Notes: generated from the letters alone by a model not told the origin. A stretch of DNA of 64,000 nucleotides from Halichondria panicea (GCF_963675165.1 NC_087378.1:206562-270561); one strand, 5' to 3'; numbered from the stretch's first letter, positions 1 to 11,253 are shown. Translations and numbers: made by a program.

Positions 1-170
1 ATGATGTGCTCTGACACTAAGGAATATCCATTGAAACTCTCAGGATACTCTCCAGGGTACAAATCTAGGGTGTACATTCATATACCCTAGGGTACATGGC
101 TGTAGCTGCTTTACGTACATTGTAACAAATCTCACTAACTTTAACTAATCTTCTATTTTTGCTCCACTAG

Positions 171-392
171 GCTGATGTGTACATCAACTCCACCAATACC
201 AAACTCAACCTGAAGCATGGACAAGTGTCTCAGCTCCTACTAAAGACCAGTGGTGATGATCTACAGAAAGAGTGCTCAGTGCACGCTCCACTGAAGCCGG
301 GACAGGTGGCAGTCACGGGTGCCAAAAACTTGAAGTGTAATAAAATCTTTCACATTGCTCTGCCTAAGTACAAAACAGCCAATTCTGAGAGT
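171..392 (+). CDS. PARP14-like macro-PARP copy 1 (5' truncated by window): exon encoding first half of a macro domain
   Basis: Acceptor ccactag|GCT at 170/171 and donor GTGAGT at 393. The translation (ADVYINSTNTKLNLKHGQVSQLLLKTSGDDLQKEC...VAVTGAKNLKCNKIFHIALPKYKTANSES) is about 90% identical to the copy 2 exon at 16210-16431. It is a macro (ADP-ribose binding) fold. Confidence 0.75.
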
Positions 393-523
393 GTGAGTTG
401 TAGTCTCTCAACTAAAACCTTACATATATATTACACGTACATTGTACTAGGGGCTTCAAATAATCTATTTTACAACCAATTCTATAAGTGATGTGCATTT
501 TTTCGTTGCATCAGTGTGTACAG

Positions 524-787
524 GTTTTTCGAGAAACGGTTCGACAGATTCTTCGCATAGCCAGGAGCAGGAGTGTGTCCTCCATTGCCATCCCATCACT
601 CGGTGTGGCTAATCTCGGCTATCCTGAGAACGTGTCAGCTAAAATCCTGTTCCAAGAGGTCATCACTTTCCATTCCCAGTACCCAAGTTCCATTCAGAAG
701 TTCATCTTTGTAATCTATGAGAAGAATGTGTTCCAAGCATTCAGCAAAGAGTTCGCCCAGCAAATGAGTGGGGAAGCCACTGCACAG
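524..787 (+). CDS. PARP14-like copy 1: exon encoding second half of the macro domain
   Basis: Acceptor tgtacag|GTT, donor cag|GTATGT, both phase 0. VFRETVRQILRIARSRSVSSIAIPSLGVANLGYPENVSAKILFQEV... is near-identical to copy 2 exon 16527-16790. Confidence 0.75.
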
Positions 788-904
788 GTATGTGTGTTAG
801 CATTCATATTTGCTGTTGAATAGTTTATCGTAACTTATAGTAACCATAAAAATGTTGATCAATTATGTAGCCCTGAGAATATCTTAGTGAACCCCAAAAC
901 TTAG

Positions 905-1030
905 CTAATGGTAACAACTGGTGCAGTGGATTGCAGTGCACTTGCAACAGAGAATTGCCAAACAGCAGCAATTGTGGTTTTGCTGTTGGCAATTTTCTGT
1001 TGCGAGTGCACTGCAAGTCTACAACCCACT
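905..1030. repeat. Palindromic MITE-like element (perfect inverted repeat GCAGTGCACTTGCAACAGAGAATTGCCAAACAGCAGCAA / TTGCTGTTGGCAATTTTCTGTTGCGAGTGCACTGC) inside an intron of PARP14-like copy 1
   Basis: A self-complementary hairpin is directly visible. The same arm sequence (GTGGATTGCAGTGCACTTGCAACAGAGAATAGCCAAACAGCA) recurs at 63937-63985. Confidence 0.6.
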
Positions 1031-1077
1031 GTAAAGACAATATCTCTGGGTCATAATTATATGTATGTGGTAGGGGA

Positions 1078-1170
1078 AGAATAGGTGTGGCTTAGTGGTT
1101 AGGGTGGTGGCTTAGTAGATTACATAATAGATAAGGTTTGGGTTCGATTCCCGCTTGGGGATTTTTTCTT
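1078..1170 (+). other. tRNA-derived SINE/tRNA pseudogene-like relic
   Basis: TGGCTTAGTGGTTAGGGTGG resembles a D-arm and GGTTCGATTCCCGCTTGGGG resembles a T-arm, followed by a TTTTTT Pol III-like terminator. No canonical acceptor stem can be folded. Confidence 0.3.
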
Positions 1171-1189
1171 TATTCTCTAAATACATCAG

Positions 1190-1475
1190 CCGATGACCAG
1201 GATTGAAGTGGACTCAGGGACACCAGAGTATATAGAAGCAGTTAAAGAGTTTGAGGAGTCACTGAGAAAAGAAGGTGTCAAATACTCCATCGAGAAGGTT
1301 GAGAAGATTGAGAATATAACTGAGTATGTCAAACACGTTGCTTTAAAAGCCTCCATCAGAGTGAAGAACAAGAAAGACCCTCTAGTGAAGAGGCTGTTCC
1401 ATGGGTCCAGAAAGAAGAGCCTTGAACCGATTGCAGTGCAGGGATTCAACAGAAACTTTGCTGCTGATGCAAATG
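1190..1475 (+). CDS. PARP14-like copy 1: first PARP catalytic-domain exon (contains the H-G-S motif LFHGS)
   Basis: Acceptor catcag|CCG in phase 0 and donor aatg|GTAGAT. PMTRIEVDSGTPEYIEAVKEFEESLRKEGVKYSIEKVEKIENITEYVKHVALKASIRVKNKKDPLVKRLFHGSRKKSLEPIAVQGFNRNFAADANG. It joins exon 524-787 in frame, so this copy skips the macro3-plus-WWE exon that copy 2 has. Confidence 0.75.
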
Positions 1476-1784
1476 GTAGATGAAGTGCTAATTGCATGTA
1501 TAATCGCATGTTGTCCTATTATTTGCTGTGATTCGTACAGTGATTAATTGCGTATCAGTAATTGCACGTCGTCATTAACGACATGCAATTACTGCCTTGA
1601 CGACCGCACGTTTGACATAACTCATAACAAGCACTGGCAAGGTTAATAGCACTCGGCTGCGCCTCGTGCAATTAGTATATCCTTGCCATGCATTGCTTGT
1701 TACTCGTGCTATTAATCCCATATTGCACTCTTAGCCATGCAATTATATTATACCTGATTATACTAATTATCCATCTTTTTCCAG

Positions 1785-2077
1785 CTGCTCGCTTTGGGAG
1801 GGGAGTGTACTTTGCAGTGGAGTCTTCCTACTCTGCCCAGGACAAGTTTGCAGTACCTGACAAGAGTGGCCTCCGGTACATGTTTGTGTGTCGTGTGATC
1901 ATCGGAGAGTATACCCTCGGCAATAAAGGCATGAAGACAGCCCCTCCACTGACACCTGGCTCCAATGCATTTTTTGATACTTTAGTCGATAATGTGAAGT
2001 CTCCAACTATGTTCATAGCCTTAACTGATGCCCAGGCTTATCCCGAGTACCTTATCACATTCAAGAAACTTAAATAG
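1785..2077 (+). CDS. PARP14-like copy 1: terminal PARP catalytic exon with stop
   Basis: Acceptor tttttccag|C; AARFGRGVYFAVESSYSAQDKFAVPDKSGLRYMFVCRVIIGEYTLGNKGMKTAPPL...YPEYLITFKKLK followed by TAA. Matches the mono-ART type PARP catalytic fold. Confidence 0.75.
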
Positions 2078-2435
2078 GATTGTAATTATGTGTGTATATA
2101 GATCTATGTAGTGTGTGTAGATAGGTATAGAAACTGTTATTATAGTGTTAGATAATTATTAGGTACTATTTTGCACTCCTGACAATGTAGTCTATACATA
2201 TTCATTGTTTATAATTATGGCAATAACAATTTTTTTTGTACATTTTTTTGCAATTAATTTGCAATTTTGTCCTACGTAGACTAGAGTCTACCTACATAAT
2301 TATATGTACGTACGGTTAAAGAAAAATAGGCCTGGAACTGAAGGCTAATTGATTCACTTTCAGGATAGCCTTATAGCTGATCATGAAGCGATATGCATTT
2401 CCTGTCAATGGTACCAAAAGGGGTGGATGCATGGG

Positions 2436-2516
2436 CTAGGCTAGTGCTAGTCTCATGAATCAGCCGCACCATTGGTGTCAAAGGTGCGGCTGATTCATGA
2501 GACTAGGCTAGTGCAT
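2436..2516. repeat. Perfect hairpin / short foldback element (about 30-bp arms CTAGTCTCATGAATCAGCCGCACC ... GGTGCGGCTGATTCATGAGACTAG, 13-nt loop)
   Basis: The inverted repeat is directly visible. Confidence 0.55.
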
Positions 2517-2932
2517 GCTGTGGAGTTGAGTATCAATGCAATGCTAATGGTGGTTCCTCAAGGATGGCAGCCACGTAAAAAGCTCCCTGGATCATCAGAT
2601 AGACTTTACACTGTAATGAAAATCTATAGCTATAATATAATAGTCTATATATAATTATAGATCTATAATTTATATATATATAGTAGCAATGTTGCTTTCA
2701 AACTGTATATTTATGCCCAGTGCAGTGTCAAAGATTGTGGCGGAAGATGTTACCAGTATATATCGTGCATTAAAGTCACTAGAAGCACCGAATCAAGGAA
2801 CACAGTTATACATCTTGTAACTATTACAACGAACACCCTGCCGGCAAAGAAAGACAAATTGTTGATCAATCGTGAACTGATCACATGCAGTCAGATCACA
2901 TGTTTTTATATAGCCCCCCTTCAACTGTGGTC

Positions 2933-3017
2933 ATGATGATAGTTGTATTACTTTACTCTCTCTTTCTTCTCCTATTATTGGCTGGAGATGTGGAGCTAAA
3001 CCCTGGACCTAGACTGG
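2933..3017 (+). CDS. Putative first coding exon: hydrophobic leader plus 2A-like ribosome-skipping motif (MMIVVLLYSLFLLLLLAGDVELNPGPRL)
   Basis: ATG at 2933. The canonical 2A consensus LLxxAGDVExNPGP is present. A strong donor GTACGT lies at 3018, giving phase 1. Confidence 0.55.
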
Positions 3018-3119
3018 GTACGTTTCAATTTTCTGTTGAATAAAATATTATGGTCATATTATTGGTACGTTCACTTAATTTAAGTGAACCGATTACTATA
3101 TATAGTGAGTACTTTATAG

Positions 3120-4012
3120 TGAGTACTTTTCGGGGGGGGGGTAAATGTAAATATTCGTGGTTGAGAAATTTTTAACCACAAACGAAGCAATATACTTGCA
3201 GTACAAGTATACAGCTGTTTGCATAGACCTTGCAAAAATAATCAGCTCACTGCATTACCACAAAACCACAAAATCATCATACAATGTTGCTATGCAAACA
3301 ACATGCAGTCCTGAGCAATGATGGGTTCTAGAAGTTGTATATCGGGTACTTTTTGAGTAGACCCTTGAAAAGTACCTGCTATAAGGTGGTATCAAGAGTA
3401 ATGCTTTTATCTACTCTTGGTGGTATGGAAACTCATGTAATTATGGTGAGGTTTGAAGAAGTTTCAGGCTGAAGAAAGTGTTAGTACGAAGTACCTTAAA
3501 CACTAACAGATCACAAAATATTGTTTGGTGCTTATCTAGTAGAAAAATATGTTTGGACTTGATAGTCAAAACCGGTATACCGCAGTGAGCAAGTTAGTAG
3601 GTTCTTTAGCGGAACAATTTTTCTACAGCACAAGTCTCAGCGTAAGGCGTTGGTAAACCATTCTCTACTCAAATCCTCCCGGTTCTATGAGTCTCCATAG
3701 TCTATTCTAGAAGACATGCACCATTGGTCACTTTTTATTTAGTGTGAATGTACCCAATACTGCATAGCAACATTGTATGGTGGTTTTGTGGTAAGCAGTG
3801 GTATTTTGCAAGGTCTATGCAAACAGCTGTAGCAACCAGGAAAATAAGATCCATGAACTTGATTAAATATTGTGTTTTGGTGCTAGCATACTGGACATCT
3901 GTATAACAATAATAAATATGTGGAAGTACAGGTCAGGCTGGGTGTTTTAGTGAGAATTATGCTTATTCAATCACGAATATTTTGCCCCCAGGAAATTACC
4001 CGCTATACGGTA
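3120..4012. mobile_element. Composite MITE: outer element with TIR family TACCGTATAGCGGGTAATTTTCGTGG, carrying a nested foldback (about 100-bp inverted arms at 3195-3300 and 3755-3840)
   Basis: The right end CACGAATATTTTGCCCCCAGGAAATTACCCGCTATACGGTAT matches the ends of copies at 7195-7237 and 13345-13378. The internal arms are reverse complements (GCAGCTGTTTGCATAGACCTTGCAAAA...ATGTTGCTATGCA). Confidence 0.55.
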
Positions 4013-4034
4013 TGTTATTATCATTGTGATGCAG

Positions 4035-4304
4035 ATACTATTCTGACTCTTTCTGATCTCCTTGAGGTGTATGAGAAGGCGCGGAGTGCTGGTCCAAACT
4101 GGTTCAACTTGGGACTGGTGTTGAGGCTGAGTTACGGAAAGTTAACAAACTTCCGTGATACGTATCGTGACAATGATGTGTGCCTGCGTGAAGTCCTAGC
4201 ACATCGGCTACAGTCCGGTGGTACTCTAACTTGGGGAGACATGTGTACTGCTCTCAGGCACTCAACAGTGGAGAGAAATGATGCAGCTGAAGCGATAGAG
4301 GAAA
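4035..4304 (+). CDS. Death domain exon (DTILTLSDLLEVYEKARSAGPNWFNLGLVLRLSYGKLTNFRDTYRDNDVCLREVLAHRLQSGGTLTWGDMCTALRHSTVERNDAAEAIEE)
   Basis: Acceptor ttatcattgtgatgcag|AT in phase 1, compatible with the 2A exon, and donor GTAAGT at 4305. The W..LG..LG..LS, DW and LW spacing is typical of a death-domain six-helix fold. An alternative in-frame acceptor exists at 3950/3951. Confidence 0.55.
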
Positions 4305-4540
4305 GTAAGTGGCTGCATTTTATTCACTATTATGTATATATGCTATAGAGTATTTGATTTGAGCATGCATAACTTTATAATTCATGCTTCCCATAATGAT
4401 TACTGGATATTTACATACGCATGCACATAATTATAGGTTGTGAGAGAGAAGAATTTGAGGTAAGAAATTAAAATTAATATTGTTTTTCCGGGATACCTGA
4501 TAACATATCTGCATGTGTGACTATTATTATTGGTACAATA

Positions 4541-4700
4541 CCGTATAGCCGGTAATTCGGGGGACAAAATACTCTTGGTTTTCGTGGTTGAAGTTCTGAC
4601 CACGAATATTTTACCTACGATAAAGCGACCTTGACTATCTTTACCTGCAGTGCAATCAGCAACCACGAAAATATTATCCACGAAATGTTCATTATCATGC
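4541..4700. mobile_element. MITE copy (same family, 5' TIR CCGTATAGCCGGTAATTCGGGGGACAAAATACTCTTGGTTTTCGTGG), 3' truncated
   Basis: Shares the internal GACCACGAATATTTTACC...CTTTACCTGCAGTGCAA...CAACCACGAAAATATTA segment with the 7052-7237 copy. Confidence 0.55.
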
Positions 4701-6529
4701 CGTATAATCATGCGCTCATGCTTTGGTTTAAGAACATTATTGAAATGTTCATACGAATGCATTTTTCATAATGCTATCAGTGAAGTATCACAGGCTACAA
4801 TTAAGACTTGTATATATGAAAGCACCGCAGGTGCTGACGCCTCGGTGAATGTGTCAAAGTACAATCATGAACTAGGGAGTATGGTAATAGAACAGGCAAA
4901 TATTCAATGAACTCTAACACTGTAAAAGTATCAGGACTGTGACCTTACTCTGTGTGTGTGTGTGGGGGGGGGGGGGTACCTCTCTTGAGTCCCCTATAGT
5001 GTTGATGTCTAGCAGTATCTCTCTACAGCCACTCAGACAGTGGTATAAAGTTACTAGTTGTTGCCAATACACATAGCACATGCCACTGATGATGCATTAA
5101 TTTTGTTGTATGCTAATTTGTGTTTGCAGGAAAACGATTGATGCTAAAAATGATGCTAAAAGTACAAAGTCTAAAATAATGGCTGCATCAGTACACGTAC
5201 AGTAGCCTTGTGCAGCTCTCTTCTCACTCTTGTAGCTACCAATAGTTAGTGCAGAGCTAACTACTATAAGTAGAGTAGCAACACTTCATGGATAAGTGTT
5301 GCTACGAACTCTTCTGAAAAGGCTGCAATTAATGGTATTCCAAGTACTAAGCAAACTAGGCATAACTCGAGAACCATGTAAGCATTATTTTGCAAATCCA
5401 CGAATATAAAACATGACTAGAAGCCTATAGAAACTCTTACTTGGACATCATTGATCCTTAACGCATGAGCAGCTGTAGCAGTCTACACAGACACACACAC
5501 AAACACACTACCGTATACCTCACTTGCGCATGCATAATAAACCTTGGTACGAGACCGAGAGTATTTGCATGGTGGGCGTACTTTCGAGTAAAACCTCACC
5601 GTTTGAAATATATAATGTCCAGTCTTGTCTGTAATGGCTAAAGTTCTTGCACAAAAGGGTGGGCGTATTTTTGCGAGGCTACAGTAAATAATGTCATTAT
5701 CATTATCACCTCAGATCACATTGGCATATGCTTTCGTATGAAAATGTCTAGAGAGAAGCTTCAATTCTATGAGCATTCTAAAGCTGATCAAACTTAACTA
5801 TAAGGGTATATATTCTAGATCATGGTGCTGTTAGGGATAGTGGATAAAATGTATGCGTGCAGTCACTGTTTGTCCTTATACATGCACACAGATATCACGA
5901 AGCACAAATGCAAGTGAGACATCAAGCGGTAAGATGTTATACTATACTATATAAGCGTTAACATTAAGCCATGTAGATAATAATAAACGTATATATACCA
6001 GTCTACTATGTATGTAGCCTTAGCCTTGCGTCAAATCAATCGTAGGTAATATCAATATTATCCTGGTATATTGACCACATCCTGGGCGATATTTATAATT
6101 TATTACCAGGAGCATATGAGGAGGAGGATCAAGATGGGGCGGCTTACTACGTATTGCTAGGATATTTTGCTGGTGAAAAACCTTTGCGAATGAGCCAAAT
6201 CAGCAGAAAATTTGACCCTTTGCGATCTAACTATTGCGTTATGGCAAGGATCGTGTGTATTTACTAGTAATAATTTAGGTTTTACAGATTTTATTGTTGC
6301 AAATTGATCAACCATCGCAAATGTTTGATGCTCACTAGTAATATAGTATGTATGCAAACCGCCATATCATTTTATGATATTCACTATTATTAGATAAACG
6401 CATTATATATCATCCGCACATGTACAGAGCACTTAGCACATTACAAACAAGGAAATGTGGTTATACGATAGTGAATCCGCAATACTATGCATAGTATCAT
6501 TTGCTCTTGATATTACCCAGGCATGTACA

Positions 6530-6990
6530 ACAGTATTACCGTACTCTACCAAGATTACGCTCACCCTAATTGCATGCTACAAAACAGCTAGGTGGGATGG
6601 GCTTAATTTCGAAAACAGTGAGTTTTGCCTCGAAATTAAGCCCACTCATTAAGAAAAATACAAGTAATACATTGGTAAAGTAGCTAAGTATAAAGAGTCA
6701 AGATTCTGCATCAGAAGGTTGTTCCTTGTCACTGCCAGAGTCTTTAACAGAGATTCAGAGAAGATTGTCCTTGTCTCTTTATACTTGCAAATAGGATCTA
6801 GCTATATCTAGCTATATTCAGAGCTAACCAGCGTACACAATAAACTTTTTCTTGACAACTTGCTCACTGACAAATGCATCACTTCCTGGTGGGTGTATTC
6901 TCAAGGCAAATATGCAGGAGCTTTCGCTCAAAAGTTAGGGTGGGCGTAATTTCGGATGTGGGTGTAATCTCGGTAGAGTACGGTACGGTA
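6530..6990. repeat. Foldback-type repeat: inverted arms at about 6530-6575 and about 6945-6990, plus a local hairpin at 6590-6650 (GGGCTTAATTTCGAAAAC / CGAAATTAAGCCC)
   Basis: GTATTACCGTACTCTACCAAGATTACGCTCACCC is near the reverse complement of GGTGGGCGTAATTTCGG...GTGTAATCTCGGTAGAGTACGGTAC. Confidence 0.4.
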
Positions 6991-7051
6991 CAATCCTTTG
7001 ATGTTTGACCACAATGAATAATGAGCAAGCTTACCACTGCATGCATGCATA

Positions 7052-7237
7052 TAGAGGGTAATTTCATGGGGCAAAATATTCGTGGTTTTTGTGGTTGAAG
7101 GTCTGACCACGAATATTTTACCCACGAATGAAGTGACCTTGCTTACTTTTACCTGCAGTGCAAGCTCCAACCACGAAAATATTACCCACGAAATACTTCC
7201 CGAAAATTACCCGCTATAATTATACGGTATTAACTTT
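7052..7237. mobile_element. MITE copy with right TIR CGAAAATTACCCGCTATAATTATACGGTATT
   Basis: Same family as 4541-4700 and 13183-13378. Lies in the large intron upstream of exon 7334. Confidence 0.55.
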
Positions 7238-7333
7238 GCGGGTATACATAAATATCATTGTGCTATAGTATTATACATGCATTATACCACACAGTATTAT
7301 ATTATTGATACTTACACTTAAATTTTCATGCAG

Positions 7334-7896
7334 GTGCAAGCAGCCAACTTCAAGTCTCAAATATGCCTCCAGTAACAGACAATTTAGAACTAGATTCGAC
7401 ACAGATGGAAATCAAGTTCAACACTCTTGTGTGTCAGCTATGGGATTCACTTGAAACTCGTAGAATTGCAAAGGAATCTGTAGTTGCTTGCTTGATGGGG
7501 TTTAACTGTTTAAAGAAGGTGTTTTGTGGAAGAAATCAATGTGTTTTTAGAACTCAAAGAAGAAATCTAGATCAATGCTCAACTATCGCAGAAATTTTGC
7601 GAATTATTGCTGACTATTTCTCCTTCTTTGGCTATGATATTATTGAGCAGATTACAAACAAATTAGGAACGGACGAGGATAAAGACCATATGAAACTCTA
7701 CAAAACCAGTTTTATAAGGTATGCTAAGAGGCGAGTAGTGAAAGGGAATATTAGTTCAGGCTCCGGAGAAAATGTGATCGTAAAGCTTGATTCTACTTAC
7801 GACAATTGTGAAGTGAGTCGACTGAAGCTATTCGAGTGGAATTTATGCTCAATCTTGAACTTAAATGAGGGTGTTTTAAAGCTTTGTAAAAATTGA
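7334..7896 (+). CDS. C-terminal coding exon (about 187 aa, unknown domain; ...NMPPVTDNLELDSTQMEIKFNTLVCQLWDSLETRRIAKESVVACLMGFNCLKK...LKLCKN*)
   Basis: Acceptor tttcatgcag|GT. An open frame runs from the acceptor to a TGA at 7894. A phase-1 start makes it compatible with the phase-1 end of the death-domain exon at 4304. Confidence 0.4.
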
Positions 7897-9392
7897 AGAT
7901 GGCTGTGTCGAGCTTACATTTGTATTGCCGATTTTCATAACAAAGGATATCTTCCCACTAAAACCGGATCAAGAAAATGCACTACAGCGTCAAGGGGTCA
8001 TCGAGCTACGCTGTGGGAATACTTATAAAGCTGAGGTGATTTATACCTTAAATTGTTCTCAATTAGGGACGTAATATCTCGTATAATTATTGTCTGCAAC
8101 CTCCGATTCTATAGTAATATCTGATTCAATTATAAGGGGGATTTGTGAGCGTACATGCAAAGTGTAAGCTATAAATAATAGCTAAACCTGGTTTAATTAT
8201 GCCAGTGCATGGTGCCTATAAGTTATTATAACTGCATGCATGGACTATAGTATAGTGCAGTTGTGACAAAAATTAAGCAGCTAGTACAAGCCGTATATTG
8301 CATTGTGTTTCTAACTATCATGCGAAATTGTATGCCCATGCACGTACATGCATGCATGCTCACTCTTTGCGTGTCTTTTGTGTGTAATCTATACAAAAAC
8401 TCAAATAGCCTCGTATTTGAAACCCAGCATAATAATTATTTTGTAACAGTTTAGAATCTGCTGTAAACTAATAATTATACATGATAGCTTGATTCTGTAA
8501 TGCATCATTGCTCTGACACTTGTCTGCATGTTTCAAGCTTATACCATACACTGCATGCATGGGTACTAAATGTATAGTAACTCTCAATATATAAATGCTG
8601 TAGGGCTTAAAGGGTGAAGCTGGCAATGCGTCGCTTTCAGGTGAGTCTTTATATAGTATTGTTGACAGGATACTTTCGTGAACCTAATAGAGGTGGGATG
8701 AATTTGCCTCAATATTATAGACTGATTTGTTTTTTCATTGTGCTGATAACTGTAATATATCCGCCCTGGAAGCACCAAGAAACGCTCAGAAATGTATTAA
8801 GCTTGGTTAGAAGCATAAAGCATGCTCCAAATCTTTAATTGAAGCTGGAAGTTAACGCCTTCAAGTAGAAAGAAGAATGGCTGAGAAACGTAGTTGCTTA
8901 AAAAAGAGGAAAAATAGCCAGAGGAACATCATGCACGCTAGGCTAGAAATGCAGAAATTTTTTGATTGGATAGCAAAAGTTCTTGCAGAAACATTATAGA
9001 CTGAGCTACCAATACATCAGGATCACAGCAGACTCGACTATAGTAATTATAGCATCAGCGCTTAAGTAAATTAGCACTACATGTATAAATTATACTACTA
9101 GCAAAAATTGTCCGCTTTTAAATGAACACTCTGAACTCGTACACATGACAACTAGCTTTTATGTCATTATACCTGGAGTCAAGTGCCGTTTGACTCACAT
9201 TGAAGGCTGTTGCAGTCTCTTCATAGCATCATCCGTTCCTTCCAAAAAGTACTTCTTTTAGTACTTTTAGGCTAGTACTGCACTGCTGTACAGAAATTAA
9301 CCCTACAGTACAGATAATGCAGAACTCTAGGTGACAGTCCACTGCTGCATGCTGTACATTATTTAATATTAAAATAATCGACCCTTTTGCAG

Positions 9393-9692
9393 ATAAGGAC
9401 GTACCTGTGCAAAATTCCCCTCCACGCTCCAAGCCGAGGGTCTCCCGGCCTAGAACAGCACCCTCACAGCCTCTGCCCCCCTCACAAGTAGCACTACCCT
9501 CACAAGCCCCACCTCCACCCAGGCTAGGGGTGCTCGTGGAAGCAACCCAACCGATTACTACCAATGACAATGCTGGCATGCTTAGATGGCTTCTTGGAGG
9601 GAGGGTAGGTGGCGAGGACAGAGTGAGAGAGATCATTGTGTCTCAGGACAGGAGCAGGGCTATTGTGGAGTTTGTTAACCCAGACCCAGGAG
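9393..9692 (+). CDS. RRM-like repeat protein, exon 1 of visible part (Pro-rich, then RRM-like MLRWLLGGRVGGEDRVREIIVSQDRSRAIVEFVNPDPG)
   Basis: Acceptor cccttttgcag|AT and donor GTATGT at 9693. The motif resembles the N-terminal RRMs of PARP10, PARP14 and DTX3L. Confidence 0.55.
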
Positions 9693-9810
9693 GTATGTTG
9701 CTTTTAGAATATTGCACTGTATTATCGGCGGGGGAGGAGGGGGGTGTATATTGAAAGCTAGCTATGAATTTATATTTGCCATTGTTCATAACATAATTCA
9801 TCTCCTACAG

Positions 9811-10050
9811 TCATACAGCAGCTGGTATCCACCAGTGCTGACCTCCTTGACCCCCTCTCCAAGCAACCACTCCGTCTAACTCAGATCGACCTGACTACCC
9901 TCTGCCTCGTAGTTACAGGCTTTCCACCATTTGTCTATGAGTCAGCTCTAGAGAGCCACTTCCGAAGAGAAGCTGATGGCCAACAGATACATTCTGTACA
10001 GATGTCAGCTGACAAAGAGTCTGCAATGATCACCTTCATGTGTCCTACAT
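9811..10050 (+). CDS. RRM-like repeat protein exon (second RRM-like: LCLVVTGFPPFVYESALESHFRREADGQQIHSVQMSADKESAMITF)
   Basis: Acceptor tctcctacag|TC, donor GTGAGG at 10051, phase 1 to 1. Confidence 0.5.
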
Positions 10051-10099
10051 GTGAGGGCTGTTCTTATGCTATAATTTATTTCACTGAGCATCTATGCAG

Positions 10100-10384
10100 T
10101 TGCCATGGAATTGGCTGGAAAGAAAACACAGCTGTTTGGTTTTAATCTCCATCTTGAGCTTGGCTGCAATAGTACTACAAACAGTTCTCCAGCTTATCCT
10201 ACCTCGACAGCTGTACACAGCTCTATTGCTCTGTGTGTGCAAGGACTCCCTGAGACCATGCTGAACAACCTACATATTTTGTCAGAGGCTTTAAAATATT
10301 TTATCAAACAGGGCACAGGTTTTGAGGCAGCTGACTGTAGCATTGTGCAAGGACTGGGTTATCTGACATTCACCGATCCATCAG
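10100..10384 (+). CDS. RRM-like repeat protein exon
   Basis: Acceptor tctatgcag|T, donor GTAAGT at 10385. FAMELAGKKTQLFGFNLHLELG...GLPETMLNNLHILSEALKYFIKQGTGFEAADCSIVQGLGYLTFTDPS. Confidence 0.5.
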
Positions 10385-10451
10385 GTAAGTGGGTGACTAC
10401 AATATCAAAACCCATTAATTTTGCATCTCTGCATGTACGTGTACGTTACAG

Positions 10452-11021
10452 CTGTACAAGCCATTGTGAACAACCCACCCACCCAAAACTTCATGTTTGA
10501 CAGTATCCTGCACATGTCTGCAACTTCACAACCTCTTGCTCCGTCTCAAGTCCCCCCTACTGCTCCGAGGGAGGCTTGGGGGGTACATGACACACCCATT
10601 GACAGGCAACTCCCAGGAAATACATCTCCTCACTTGGAGAGACCACCTGTGAGACCCACGAACAGACCACCAGTACCACACCGAAGGCGTTTTGCAAGTG
10701 AGGGAATTGATGGCCCATCACCAAGCAATAGAAGACAGCACATCCACCCTAGGAATCAACCTCAATGGCATTATCAAGGAGACCAATATCCTCATCACCA
10801 GGGACCACAACAACACCAGTCTTACTATGGGCCCATGCATCATAGTGCATCCTATCCTGATAGTATGGGGACCACTACTCCAACATCGTACGGTCAGCAG
10901 CTGCCCTATCCCCCCTACGGATATCCCCCCTATTCTGGCCAGCCTCAGTGGGGGGGACAGGACGCAACCATCGCTGTGCAGTCTGGGGCACCTCAGGTGC
11001 GTGTACAAGGCAGCCAACACG
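10452..11021 (+). CDS. RRM-like repeat protein exon: long Pro/Gln/Tyr/His-rich low-complexity region (...PYPPYGYPPYSGQPQWGGQD...)
   Basis: Acceptor gttacag|CT, donor GTATGT at 11022. It is a 190-codon open frame of strongly biased composition. Confidence 0.5.
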
Positions 11022-11195
11022 GTATGTTTGATGTTTATCATTAAAATTAATGATTATTGTAGTGTTGGGGGGAATTCCCTGGTAAAGTCCCTAGGCTACC
11101 AACATTCCTGCGTACCAATTTTGGTATTGTGGTAATACCCATTACATGACTTGCTTCATTATGCCTCGGTGCGCATGCGCAAGCAAGGTATACGG

Positions 11196-11197
<2 letters not shown>

Positions 11198-11252
<55 letters not shown>
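11198..11252. repeat. (TG)n microsatellite (about 27 units) in an intron
   Basis: Direct observation. Confidence 0.9.

Positions 11253-11253
<1 letters not shown>

Noticed and set aside
3951-4012. Alternative upstream acceptor (gtgttttag|TG) extending the death-domain exon into the MITE terminal repeat
   Set aside because: It is phase-compatible, but the polypyrimidine tract is weaker than at 4034 and it would translate MITE TIR sequence. Kept only as an alternative in the feature evidence.
9229-9636. 135-aa minus-strand open frame rich in Gly/Pro
   Set aside because: It is the antisense strand of the Pro-rich first exon of the RRM-like gene, a compositional artefact.
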